A stretch of DNA of 64,000 nt from Ostreococcus lucimarinus (taxonomy: Eukaryota), in assembly GCA_000092065.1 (NCBI GenBank), contig CP000591.1. The stretch is one strand, 5' to 3'. Below are positions 53,634-64,000 of this stretch, piece by piece. The translations under genes were made by a program, and so were the position numbers. A model generated the notes under the pieces. The model made no database searches, had not been told where the DNA came from, and was given only the letters and a program-made list of their open reading frames with translations. The stretch's first letter is position 1. Each line of letters begins with the position of its first letter.

Positions 53634-55930
53634 TCAACGTCTTCTAGATCGCTTACGACGCCTGTCCCTGGAGCGCGAGCGCGAGGACGATGAACTATGC
53701 GAGCTCGATCCACTGGATGAACTCGACGAACTACGCGACCCGGAGGTCGAACTCGACGAACTGGAGCTCGAGCTCGACGAACTGGAGCTTGAACTCGACG
53801 AACTCGACGAGCTCCTAGAGCGCTTCGGCACCGTCTTGGGAGCTGTTTTCAACCACTCACGCATGTCCTCAGTAAGCGCACCAAGAGAGATGGAGGTGAA
53901 AAAGTTGATGCTAAACCGCGTGTTGCGAGGCTCGTCCTTGGGCATGATGCCTTGGAAGTACTCACGCATTTCAGGATTTTGCATCTTTTCGTTGAGCTGC
54001 TTCAAACCGAGCGCCTCTGCGAGTTCTTGGAACAGAATCTTGATAAAAATTCGTGAACTTGACGTCGTAGCTTCCTCGGTGAGTTGGATGTATGCCAGAC
54101 ACGTCCACGACATGGCGTCGGTGGCGAGTAAGTGCGCAAAGAATTTTGCCACGTTGCGAAGCTTGTTTGTCTCCAAACGGTGAATCGTACTGTACTGCTT
54201 CATGAAAACTTCGTCGAACAGTTGCGGGTAGATTTTGTGGATGAAACAAAACCGTTGCGCGAGCAAACCGTAGTACCGCAAGTAGGTGCGCTCCTGCGAC
54301 GCACATTCAACGAGCATCGTGCACAACTCTACTTCGGCGCCCGGCGGAATGTTGAGCTTCATCAATTTATGCCCAGCTTCTTCGAAATCTAACGAAGACA
54401 TGATGGTGAGATAAATCGTCCTTCGGAGGTTTACGAGATTTGTCTCCGTGAGATCCGCGATTTCGACCTTGCCATCGCCTCGGCTCGCCACAATGGCGCC
54501 CGCGCCCTCGTCGTCGCTCGACGAAGAACTCGACGACGAACCACTGTCGCTGTCGCTGTCGCTATCGCTCGAGCTCGAGCTCGATTCACCGAGAATTTCC
54601 TTGCGAATGTCTGCATATCGACGCTCGTTTTCCTCAAACTCGGGATCTTCTTTGAACACATCCAAACCAGGCTGCGCTTGCATCTCGTCGTCCAAGCCGA
54701 TTTCGTGCACGATTTGGTCGTCCTCGTCGACCAAATCTAGCTCGGGAGAGACCCCCTTTTTCCCCTCGAATCCACCTTTTCGAAACGCGAACAACCCTTC
54801 GATCATAAACTGAACGCGCTTGTCGATCTCACCTTCGTGTAAAATTCCTCTAAATCGCTCAAAGATGCCGTGCAAACCTTGCGGCGTGAGCTCTTGGAGC
54901 GTGAAGCCGCACTCCTTGACAAAATCAATCGCAACCTCTACGCTGTCGTCCGTGGGAGTGCCTAGCAACACAGTCAATAACTCTAGTGCTATCAACTCGT
55001 GAATGATCTGTCGAGAAAAAAGGTAAACGGTCAATCACCCGCGCTGGAGAAGCGCCCCGTCGCGTCGGCGACCGCGTCGGCGGCGGCGTGACATCAGTGT
55101 TAAAAAGCTCGATATGATTTTGATCCTCACGGGAATCAGTGAGTGTTGCGTGATCATAATTCATCCTCTGTCACATCGCGCGCACCGCGTCGCATCGCGT
55201 CGTCCATCGAGCATCGTACCTGTTGATTAATCAGCGCCGCCAAAAACCTCGTCGCCGCCACGCACACCGGCTTATCGTTCCTCTTATACGCCCGTCTAAA
55301 CTGCAAAACGCATCTCTTCGCGATCAACTCGCCGATTTCAGGAAACTTCGTGTTCACCACCGCCACCAGCGCGGCGAACACACCACTAAACTGCGGCGAC
55401 GCCATCTGAGACTTCATCACGCTCCTCGCGAACAATCCCCGCCCGCGTATCAAATTCTCCTGAAACAGCTCCGGCACCACGTGTTGCACGTTCGACGCGT
55501 TCACCTTATTCACCAATCCATTGATCGATTTCTTCAGCGCGTCCCACGACATGCGTTGATACTCGACGCTCGTCTTATCGTTCGTCTCGCGCATCATCTG
55601 CGCCAGCTTGAACGGCGGCACGTACGCGCCCCCCGTCCTCGTCCCTCTCGCCGCCGTCCCGCGGCTCGCGCTCGGCGCCGTCGCCGTCGCCCTCGCGCGC
55701 GCGTCCGCATCGTTCGCGTCCGGCGCGATCTCTCCTCGTTCGAGCGTCGCGCCGTCGTCGCCGTCGGCGTTCGCGCCGTCCGAGGATCGCCGCCGCCGCG
55801 CGCGATTCGTCGTCGCCTCGCCGCGCGCCGCGTCGCCGCGCGTCGCGCGCGGCGAGCCGTCGCGGCGCGCGTCGCCGTCGCCGTCGTCGTCGTCGCGACC
55901 GCGCGAGCGCGAGCGGCTTCGCGTGCGCAT
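53634..55930 (-). CDS. CWC22: pre-mRNA splicing factor CWC22 (2 exons: 55930..55220 and 55007..53634)
   Basis: MIF4G: YVPPFKLAQMM...FAALVAVVNTKFPEIGELI...RFLAALINQQ | IIHELIALELLTVLLGTPTDDSVEVAIDFVKECG. MA3: NLRRTIYLTIMSSLDFEEAGHKLMKL. The protein is colinear with human CWC22 across the splice junction, and both exons are frame-checked against the ORF track. Confidence 0.9.
55008..55219 (-). other. CWC22 intron (212 nt, phase 0)
   Basis: Donor CAG|GTACGATG. The 3' end is GATTGACCGTTTACCTTTTTTCTCGACAG|ATC. The intron is required to join INQQ to IIHELIALE as in orthologues. Confidence 0.85.
55088..55174 (-). ncRNA. box C/D snoRNA candidate (intron-encoded, 87 nt), 18S rRNA guide
   Basis: The minus strand reads GUGACAG-AGGAUGA-...-CUGA(D')-...-CGAGCUUUUUAAC-A-CUGA(D)-UGUCAC. 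It has a 6-bp terminal stem (GUGACA/UGUCAC) and a 13-nt perfect complement to 18S GUUAAAAAGCUCG adjacent to box D. Confidence 0.55.
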
Positions 55931-55983
55931 CGCGCGCGCGTCGACGAGTGGCGACGCTTTACCGCGACGCGCGCGTCGTCGCG

Positions 55984-56811
55984 ATGCGACGCGTCGCCGT
56001 CGCGCGCGCCGCGTTTTCCGGCGCCGCGCGCGGACGCGGACGACCGAGCGCGCGCGCGCGCGCGGACGCGCGGCGCGACGGGCGCGGACGCGCGCGCGGA
56101 CGCGACGTCGCGCGCGCGTCGACGACGGGGACGACGCGCGAGGACGACGCGCGCGACGACGCGCGCGACGACGCGCGGGCGGCGTACGACGCGACGTACG
56201 AGGGGCTCGATCGCGACGCGGGACTGGCGATCGCCGAGCGCGCGGACCGCGGGAAGACGCGAGAGGACGAGTGGTTCTACGGCGAGTTGGAGTTCGCGGC
56301 GGCGCGAGACGCGCTGCGAAGAGTGTGCCCGAACGCGGGAGAAGGGCGAGAGTTCGTCGATTTGGGAAGCGGACTCGGGAAAATGGTGATCGTGGCGGCG
56401 CTGAGCGGGCTGTTTGAACGCGCGCGAGGGGTGGAGTTGTTGACGGAGCTGCACGAGGCGGCGACGAGCGCGAGAGCGGCGTTCGACGACGCGTTGGCGC
56501 GAGGGGATGGTGAAGTGATCGAAGGCGCGCGCGCGTGCGAGGTGACGCTGGATGAGGGCGATTTGCTGAATTACGACGTGTCGAGCGCGGACGTGGTGTA
56601 CATTCACGCGACTTGTTTCACGCCGCAGTTGCTGAGCGCGTTGGCGTTGAAGTTGGCGAGCGAGTTGAAAACGGGCGCGCGGGTGATGATCATGAGTAAA
56701 CAATTCCCGGAAGGTTGGGTGTTCAAACCATTCGACGGCGGTTACGCCGCGTTGGCTCAACCGCAGAGCAAATGGAAGCTCGATTGCTTTTTGTACGAAA
56801 TATCGAGGTGA
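55984..56811 (+). CDS. class I SAM-dependent methyltransferase (DOT1-like fold), presequence-bearing
   Basis: The ORF-track start at 55948 is GTG and the first ATG is 55984. Motif I: REFVDLGSGLGKMVIVAAL..FERARGVEL. Also ADVVYIHATCF. The N-terminus is Arg-rich. Confidence 0.65.
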   Translation: MRRVAVARAAFSGAARGRGRPSARARADARRDGRGRARGRDVARASTTGTTREDDARDDARDDARAAYDATYEGLDRDAGLAIAERADRGKTREDEWFYGELEFAAARDALRRVCPNAGEGREFVDLGSGLGKMVIVAALSGLFERARGVELLTELHEAATSARAAFDDALARGDGEVIEGARACEVTLDEGDLLNYDVSSADVVYIHATCFTPQLLSALALKLASELKTGARVMIMSKQFPEGWVFKPFDGGYAALAQPQSKWKLDCFLYEISR

Positions 56812-56844
56812 GAGCCCGCTCGTCGAGCGCCGGCTCGCTCGAGG

Positions 56845-56855
56845 TGTAAATTACA
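56845..56855. terminator. back-to-back poly(A) signal candidates TGTAA-A-TTACA
   Basis: The palindrome TGTAAATTACA sits in the centre of the 58-bp spacer between convergent stops at 56811 and 56870, so it presents TGTAA to both strands. Confidence 0.4.
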
Positions 56856-56869
56856 ATTATAATACTTCT

Positions 56870-57751
56870 TCACGAACTCGATGAGCTCGAACTCGAATCG
56901 TCCCTGCGAGAGCGTTTCTTTTCCCTCTTCTTGCGCTTCTTGCGCTCCTTCTTGCGCTCCTTCTTCCGCTTTCGCTCTCGACGGCTTCGCGCGTCTACGC
57001 CGTCGTCGTCGTCGCCGAGCTCCATCTCGTACGTCTTCGTCGCCCCGTGCGATCTCGACAGCGCGTCGAGCCCGCGCGCGGGATTCAACACGCGCGCGCG
57101 TAAACTATCCAAATCCTCCGTCGTCGCGCGCGCGCCGACGTTCGCGCCGCTCCGCGCGCGCTCGAGCCTTCGCGCCTTTTCCTCGACCGCCGCCTTGTAC
57201 GCCTTCGCCGCGCCGTCGTTCGGATCAATCTTCAACGCCCGATCGAAATCCCGAATCGCCTCGGCGTACATCCTTCGATTCGCATAACACGCCCCTCGCG
57301 CGGCGTACGCCCTGACGTGCTCTGGATCGAGTTCCAGCGCCTGCGCGAAGCACCGCTCCGCCTCCTCCCATCGCTCCGCCTTCGTCGCCAGCGCGCCCCG
57401 CAGCGCGCTCTCCTTCGCCCACCCCCATCGCACCCTCGCCCGCGCGCGCTCCATGATCTTCGCCCTCGCCATCTCATCTCGCACCCGTTCCGCGCTTCGC
57501 GCGTCCGGGATCGCGACGCGCGTCACCGCCCGCGCCGCGCCGTGCGCGTCGCACAGCGTTCGCGCCGCGCCGCCGACGCCGAACCCTCTCGACGCGCGCG
57601 CGTCCGCGACGAACGTCGACGCCTCGCCGAGGCGCGCCGCCTCGGCGTACGCTTCGAACGTTTTCGCGTCGCCGTGCGCGTGCGCGCGCGCCGCGCGTCG
57701 TCGCGCGCGCGTCGCGTCGTCCTCGTCCTCGTCGTCCTCGTCGCGCGGCAT
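56870..57751 (-). CDS. TPR-repeat protein with Lys/Arg-rich and poly-Ser tail
   Basis: In-frame ATG at 57751 of ORF 56870..58273. TPR: WEEAERCFAQALELDPEHVRAYAARGACYANRRMYAEAIRDFDRALKIDPND. Tail: RKRKKERKKERKKRKKREKKRSRRDDSSSSSSSS. Confidence 0.65.
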   Translation of the reverse strand: MPRDEDDEDEDDATRARRRAARAHAHGDAKTFEAYAEAARLGEASTFVADARASRGFGVGGAARTLCDAHGAARAVTRVAIPDARSAERVRDEMARAKIMERARARVRWGWAKESALRGALATKAERWEEAERCFAQALELDPEHVRAYAARGACYANRRMYAEAIRDFDRALKIDPNDGAAKAYKAAVEEKARRLERARSGANVGARATTEDLDSLRARVLNPARGLDALSRSHGATKTYEMELGDDDDGVDARSRRERKRKKERKKERKKRKKREKKRSRRDDSSSSSSSS

Positions 57752-57907
57752 CGTCCTCGCCGTCGCGTCGCGCGCGCGCCGCGACGCCGTCGCGCGCGCC
57801 GACCGGGTCGGCGCCGTCGCGTCGCCGCGGCCGTCACCGTCGCCGCGCGCGCGCGCGTGTGCGGCGCGGCGCCGTCGGCCGACGCCAGACGGCGACGCGG
57901 CGACATC

Positions 57908-60900
57908 ATGCCCGGCGCGCGCGACGGCGGCGCCGAGGCCGCGGCGCGGTACCGACAGTACGAGTACAAGGCGGTGCGTGACGACGACGACGCGCGCGCG
58001 CGACGACCGACCGACGCGACGCGCGCGACGACCGCGCGACGACCGAGGGCGCGGCGATCGAGGACGGCGGCGGCGGGCGAACGAATGCGCGACGAAATCG
58101 ACGTCGCCGAGCGCGGACGCGGCGATGAAACGCGCGGTGACCGAAGCGAACGCGCGCGATGTAAACGCGGCGCGACGCGCGAGCGCGGACTGACGAAGAG
58201 GCACGCGCGCGCGACAGAACGCGTCGTTGGTGCTGGAGAGCGATCGACGCGGGCGACCGCGGGGCGAACCCACGGGCGCGCCGGAGTCGCTCGAGGGAAA
58301 GATCGACGCGTCGCGGTTCGGAGATCGAGCGCGAGGCGGGACGGACGGTGATTTCGCGGAAAAACGGGAGCGAGCGGCGAGACGAAGGGCGGAAAAACGA
58401 GCGAGAGGGGACGCGGGGGAGGCGGAGGCGTTCGGGAAGCGCGGCCGAGCGACGAAGGGGGCGAGCGTTCTGGGAGGGAGTGAGTATGGGTTGTATAAAC
58501 CGAAGACGCGGGAAACGCGGGCGGCGTACGAGGGGTTGTTGAGCGTGTTGCAGGGAGTGTTCGGAGATCAACCGCAGGACGTCATGCGCGGCGCGGCGGA
58601 TGAGGTTTTGGCGGCGCTGAAGGAGGAGGGGAAGACGGAACGCGCGAAACAAAAGGACGTCGAGGCGTTGATGGGGACTTTAACTTCGGAGAGATTCGCG
58701 CAAATTACCGCCATCGGGAAGCTGATCACGGATTTCTCTATTCCAGGTGAAGGTGGCGAAGGCGCGGGCGAGGAGTTGGACGACGACATCGGCGTCGCCG
58801 TGGAGTTTGAAGAGGAAGAAGAGGAAGACTCGGACGTGGACGAGGTGTTAGAGGCGTCCGACGTAGACGACGACGACGAAGGCGACGAAGGCGCGTACGA
58901 CGGCGCCGTGGGCGCGAGAGCAGTCGAGGATGAGTACACGCCGAACGCGGACCACGGGTTGAATCCGGCGGACATCGACGCGCACTGGTTGCAGCGCGCC
59001 ATCTCGAAAGCGTTCGGGTTTACGGACTCTGACGCCGCGGAGAGCTTGAAGCTGTCCGAAGACGTATATCAGGTGTTGTCCACCGAAGATGACCGCGAGT
59101 GCGAAAATGCGCTCGTGTCAATGCTCGATTACGACAAGTTTGATTTGATCAAAGTGCTGTTGAAGAACCGACTCAAGGTGTTTTGGTGCACAAGACTCGC
59201 TCGATCCGCGAGCGAGGAAGAAACCGCGAACATCGAGGCGCAAATGAAAGCCGATCCGGCCGCTGCTGGGATTTTAGCGTCCATGCGCGCGACGCGCGCG
59301 TCCGCACGCGATCGACAGACGGCGACGGAGCAAAAGATTCGCGAAGAGGCTCGCAAGCTTCGCGGCGAAGTCGCGGAGATGCGAACTCAAGGCGGCGCCG
59401 CTGCGGCTGGACGTCAGCTTTTGGAGCTCGACGCGCTTGCCTTCGTGCAAGGTTCGCATTTTATGAGCAACAAGCGATGCGAGCTTCCGCCCGGTTCGTT
59501 TAGAAGCGCCAAAAAGGGTTACGAAGAAGTACACATACCGGCGCTCAAACAGCCACCGTTCAACGACGACGAAGCGCTCCGTGCGATTGAAGAAATGCCA
59601 GAGTGGGCGCAACCTGCGTTTGAGGGCATGAAGACGTTGAATCGCATTCAGAGTCGCGTGTACGAATGCGCATTGCTTTCGCCAGAGAACATGCTTCTCT
59701 GCGCGCCGACGGGCGCGGGTAAGACGAACTGTGCGATGTTGACTATTTTACATGAAGTTGGTCTTCACCGTCGTCGTGACGGGAGCGTCGATACGTCTGC
59801 GTTTAAGATCGTGTATGTTGCGCCGATGAAAGCTCTCGTCGCAGAAATTGTGGGCAACTTGAGTAATCGTTTGAAGACCTTTGGGATCCAAGTGCGAGAA
59901 TTGACGGGCGACGTTTCGCTGAGTAAGGCTGAAATTGAAGCCACGCAAATCATCGTTACCACGCCAGAAAAATGGGATATTATCACTCGAAAGTCTGGTG
60001 ATCGCGTGTACACGCAGCTCGTCAAGCTTATCATCATCGATGAAGTCCATCTCTTGCACGACGACCGCGGTCCCGTGCTCGAATCCATCATCGCGAGAAC
60101 GGTGCGACAAGTTGAGACGACGCAAGAAATGGTCCGTTTAGTCGGTCTTTCTGCAACGCTGCCAAACTTCGAGGACGTTGCGACGTTTATGCGAGTAAAC
60201 CCTGAGAAGGGGTTGCACGTTTTTGACAACTCGTACCGCCCGTGTCCTTTGCAGCAGCAATACATCGGCGTCACGGTGAAGAAGCCGTTGCAGCGAATGC
60301 AACTCATGAATGAAATTTGCTACGAAAAGGTGATGGAAAGTGCGGGCAAGAGTCAAGTACTCGTATTCGTACACAGTCGTAAGGATACGGCGAAAACCGC
60401 GAAAGCTCTTAGAGATTTGGCGATGGAGAACGAGACTCTAGGAAAGTTGATGCGTGACGATTCGGCGAGTCGTGAAATTTTACTCACCGAAGCCGAGACG
60501 GTGAAGAGCTCCGAGCTGCGTGATTTGCTCCCGTACGGGTTCGCCATACACCACGCCGGTATGAGTCGCGCTGATCGTACATTAGTAGAGGAGCTCTTCG
60601 GCGACGGTCACGTGCAAGTGCTCGTCTCCACGGCGACGCTCGCGTGGGGGGTCAACCTGCCCGCGCACACCGTGATCATCAAGGGCACGCAAGTGTACAA
60701 CCCCGAAAAGGGTGGTTGGGACGAGCTTAGTTTCCAAGACGTCATGCAAATGATGGGTCGTGCGGGTCGGCCGCAGTTTGACACGTTCGGCGAAGGTATC
60801 ATCATCACGCAACACTCCGAGTTGCAGTACTACCTGTCGCTGTTCAACCAACAGCTCCCCATCGAATCTCAATTCGTCAAGCAGCTCGCCGACGCTTTGA

Positions 60901-63900
60901 ACGCCGAAATTATTCTCGGTACGATTCAAAACGTTCGTGACGCGGTGATTTGGTTAGGGTACACGTATTTGTTTGTTCGCATGTTGCGAAACCCAACGTT
61001 GTATGGCGTGTCGGTGGATGCTGTCGAGGACGACCCCGTGCTCGAACAGCGAAGGTCAGATTTGATTCATACTGCTGCGGCGCAACTAGATAAGAGTGGC
61101 CTTATTCGCTACGATAGGCGAAGCGGTGCATTACAAGGCACTGACTTAGGTAGAATTGCTTCAACGTACTACGTCTCTCATGGCACGCTCATGGCATTCA
61201 ATCAACACTTGAAGCCTACGATGGGCGACATCGAGCTGTGTCGTCTATTCTCTCTCGCCGAGGAGTTCAAGTATATTAGTGTGCGGGAGGAAGAAAAGAT
61301 GGAGCTGTCAAAGCTCGCTGAGCGAGTGCCAATTCCAGTGAAAGAGTCGATCGAGGAACCGACGGCGAAGATAAACATTCTTCTCCAGGCGTACATCAGT
61401 AACATGCGCCTCGATGGGTTTGCGCTCATGTCCGACATGGTTTACGTGACGCAGAGCGCAGGTCGCATCTTGCGTTGTATTTTCGAAATCGTACTCAAGA
61501 AGGGTTGGTCGCAACTCGCTGAGAAGTCATTGGCGCTGTGTAAGATGTGTGCTCGCAGAACGTGGGCTTCACAAACGCCGCTGCGTCAGTTCTCCGCTAT
61601 ACCTGTGGACGTCTTGCAAAAGATTGAACGAAAAGATTTAGCGTGGGATAGGTATTACGACTTAAGTAGTCAAGAAATTGGCGAGCTTATGCGAGCGCCA
61701 AAGCTCAGTAAGGCTTTGCATAGATTCATTCATCAGGTTCCTCGATTAGAGCTCTCGGCGCACGTGCAGCCGATCACGCGAAGCGTGCTCAAGGTGGATT
61801 TGAACATCCAACCGGACTTCATTTGGGACGAATCTGTACATGGGTACGTCCAGGGCTTCTGGATCATTGTGGAAGATAACGATGGCGAAAATATCTTACA
61901 TCACGAGTACTTCTTACTCAAGGGGCATAACGCGGAAGAAGAGCACGGAGTGTCATTCACGGTGCCTTTGTCCGATCCACTGCCACCGCAGTATTTCATT
62001 CGCGTCGTCAGCGACAATTGGTTGGGAAGCGACACGGTGATTCCGGTTTCGTTCAAGCACTTGATGTTACCCGAGAAGAATCCACCGCCAACGGAGCTTC
62101 TGGACTTGCAGCCCTTACTCGTGAGCACTCTCAAAGCAGATGGCTACGACGAGCTTTACGCCGGTCGGTTCACGCACTTTAACCCGATTCAAACCCAAGT
62201 CTTCCAATGCCTGTACAACACAGATGAAAACGCCCTCGTTGGTGCACCGACGGGGAGCGGGAAGACGGTATGCGCGGAGTTTGCGATCATGCGATCACTT
62301 ATGACGAATCAGGATGGACGTTCCGTGTACATGGCGCCGACGGCGACGCTTGCTGATGAACGATACGACGACTGGAGCTCGAGATTTGGGGCGCTTGGCG
62401 TCTCCGTCACCAAGCTCACGGGTGATACGACGGCGGATCTGAAATTGTTAGAAAAGGGACAAATCGTCATCACCACACCGCAACAGTGGGACGTCATAAG
62501 TCGTCGATGGAAACAGCGAAAGAACGTACAAACGGTGTCGCTGTTTATTGCGGATGAACTTCAGCTCATAGGCGGTTCCAACGGTCCGACGATCGAAGTC
62601 GTCGTCTCGCGTATGCGTTACATGTCGAGTCAACTGGCGAAACCTGTCAGAGTGTTGGGTTTGTGTACCTCGTTAGCAAACGCTCGCGACTTGGGCGAAT
62701 GGATCGGTGCGAGTTCTCACGGCACGTTCAACTTTTCTCCGGGCGTTCGCCCAGTGCCACTCGAGATCCACTTCCAAGGCGTAGATATCATCAACTTTGA
62801 GGCGCGAATGCAGGCCATGGCGAGACCAGTGTATGGGGCGATTGCGAATCATTGTCGTCGATCGGAGCCGTCGATTGTCTTCGTGCCTACGCGTAAGCAC
62901 GCGAAGTTGGCGTCTCTCGACTTGCTCGCGTTTGCCGCTGCGGAGGGCGAGCCGGGTCGGTTCTTACAAGTTGAAGAAGGTGATCTCGAGCCTTACTTGG
63001 CGCAAATATCTGATGAGTCTGTACGCCATGCCCTGACGTTTGGCGTCGCGCTTATTCACGAAGCCATGAGCGAAAAGGAGCGAAAGGTTGTCGAACGAGT
63101 GTTCGCCGTCGGTGCGGCGTCTGTGCTCGTCGCCACTGCGCCCCTGGCTTGGGGACTCACGACTCCCTGCAAGCTCGTGGTCATCATGGGGACGCAGTAC
63201 TACGACGCCGGGGGTGCTGGTGCGGCGGATTATCCAGTGACGGATCTTCTTCAAATGATGGGCCGTGCATCCAGACCTGGCATCGACGATGCCGGTGTGT
63301 GTTTACTCTTGTGTCACGCGCCGAGGAAGGAATACTACAAGAAGTTCCTCTTCGAACCGTTCCCTGTCGAGTCGCACCTCGATCACTTCTTGCACGATCC
63401 CATGGTGGCTGAAATTGTCACGCGCACGATCGAAACGAAGCAAGACGCCGTGGACTACATCACGTGGAGCTTCTACTACAGGCGACTGACGCAGAACCCG
63501 AACTACTACAATCTCACCGGCGTTTCGCACCGCCATCTTTCCGACGCTCTTTCCGAGCTCGTCGAAACGACTTTGGGTGACTTGGAGGCGAGCAAATGTA
63601 TCAGCATCGAGGACGATATGGATTGCGCTCCACTGAACCTCGGGATGATTTCCGCGTACTACTACATCACGTACACGACGATTGAACTCTTCGCCGCTTC
63701 GCTCACGGCGAAGACCAAACTGAAGGGTTTACTTGAAATCGTTGCCGGTGCGACTGAATTCGAGTCCTTTGCCGTCAGACCGGGCGAGGCAGATATGCTT
63801 CGACGCATACTCAACCACGCGCCGATCACGTTATCAAGCAATAAAACCACGGATCCGCATGTCAAGGTCGCCGCTCTTCTCCAGGCATACTTTGGCCGAA

Positions 63901-64000
63901 CGAGCATTCACGGCGACTTTACGCAAGACTTGCAAAAGATTTTGCCCGACGCAACGCGCCTGCTCCAAGCTATGGTCGATGTCATCTCATCTAACGGATG
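57908..64000 (+). CDS. BRR2: U5 snRNP 200-kDa helicase BRR2/SNRNP200 (exon 1 57908..57973, exon 2 58218..>64000; 3' end beyond window)
   Basis: The protein is colinear with human SNRNP200: RYRQYEYKA|NASLVLESDR (human RSLQYEYKANSNLVLQADR), YKPKTRETRAAYEGLL, CAPTGAGKTN, DEVHLLHDDRGPVLE, GAPTGSGKT and ...MVDVISSNG at the edge. The frame stays open to 64000. The gene is absent from the ORF track because it has no stop in the window. Confidence 0.9.
57974..58217 (+). other. BRR2 intron 1 (244 nt, phase 0)
   Basis: Donor GTGCGTGACG, branch-like GGACTGACGAAG 25 nt upstream of the acceptor CGACAG. Removal restores the conserved YEYKA-N junction. Confidence 0.8.

Noticed and set aside
53635-53637. 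ORF-track start codons taken at face value (53637, 18356, 1192, 21606, 24636, 55948).
   Set aside because: The underlying codons are TTG or GTG, because the track uses a bacterial-style start set. For a eukaryotic nuclear genome I moved the starts to the first in-frame ATG: 53535, 18482, 1246, 21597, 24594 and 55984.
58123-58193. Possible box C/D snoRNA in the BRR2 intron (GCGAUGAAA ... CUGA about 65 nt apart).
   Set aside because: There is no complementary terminal stem, the C-like box is poor, the region is uniformly GC-rich, and the CUGA is part of the ACTGACG branch-site motif.

Overview
This is GC-rich, very gene-dense eukaryotic nuclear DNA, not prokaryotic. I call about 40 protein genes on both strands in 64 kb, separated by spacers of 27-250 bp, with only four short spliceosomal introns that I can support. 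The gene content includes an LHC antenna protein, a D27 carotenoid isomerase, alpha-glucan phosphorylase, TIM44, HIG1, COQ9, a peroxisomal ABCD transporter and the spliceosome factors BRR2, CWC22 and U2SURP. That content, the compaction and the Arg/Ala-rich presequence-like N-termini suggest a picoeukaryotic green alga (Mamiellophyceae, Ostreococcus/Micromonas-like). The organism assignment is inference only. I found no rRNA, tRNA, CRISPR array or recognisable mobile element.

Two caveats apply to the ORF track. It uses non-ATG starts (TTG/GTG shown as M), so I re-anchored several genes on the first ATG. It also omits ORFs that run off the window, so the 5.8-kb BRR2 ORF is missing from it. Many long Arg/Ala-rich alternate-frame or antisense ORFs are stop-poor GC artefacts.

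The observations most worth following up are:
- An intron-encoded box C/D snoRNA candidate in the CWC22 intron with a 13-nt antisense match to 18S rRNA.
- A HIG1 ORF overlapped out of frame by the only ATG that can initiate the downstream COQ9 ORF.
- Tandemly duplicated promoter modules carrying TTTCGCGCCAAA (E2F-type) sites, plus an 18-mer shared with the DNA-primase promoter repeat.
- A 1438-aa protein combining GATase-2, SIS and EF-hand domains.
- Three 5'-proximal introns with shared GTGCGTG...ACTGACG...CAG signals, one of which rescues a sedlin/TRAPPC2 gene.

Hand-derived coordinates were frame-checked against the ORF track where possible. Allow +/-1 nt elsewhere.
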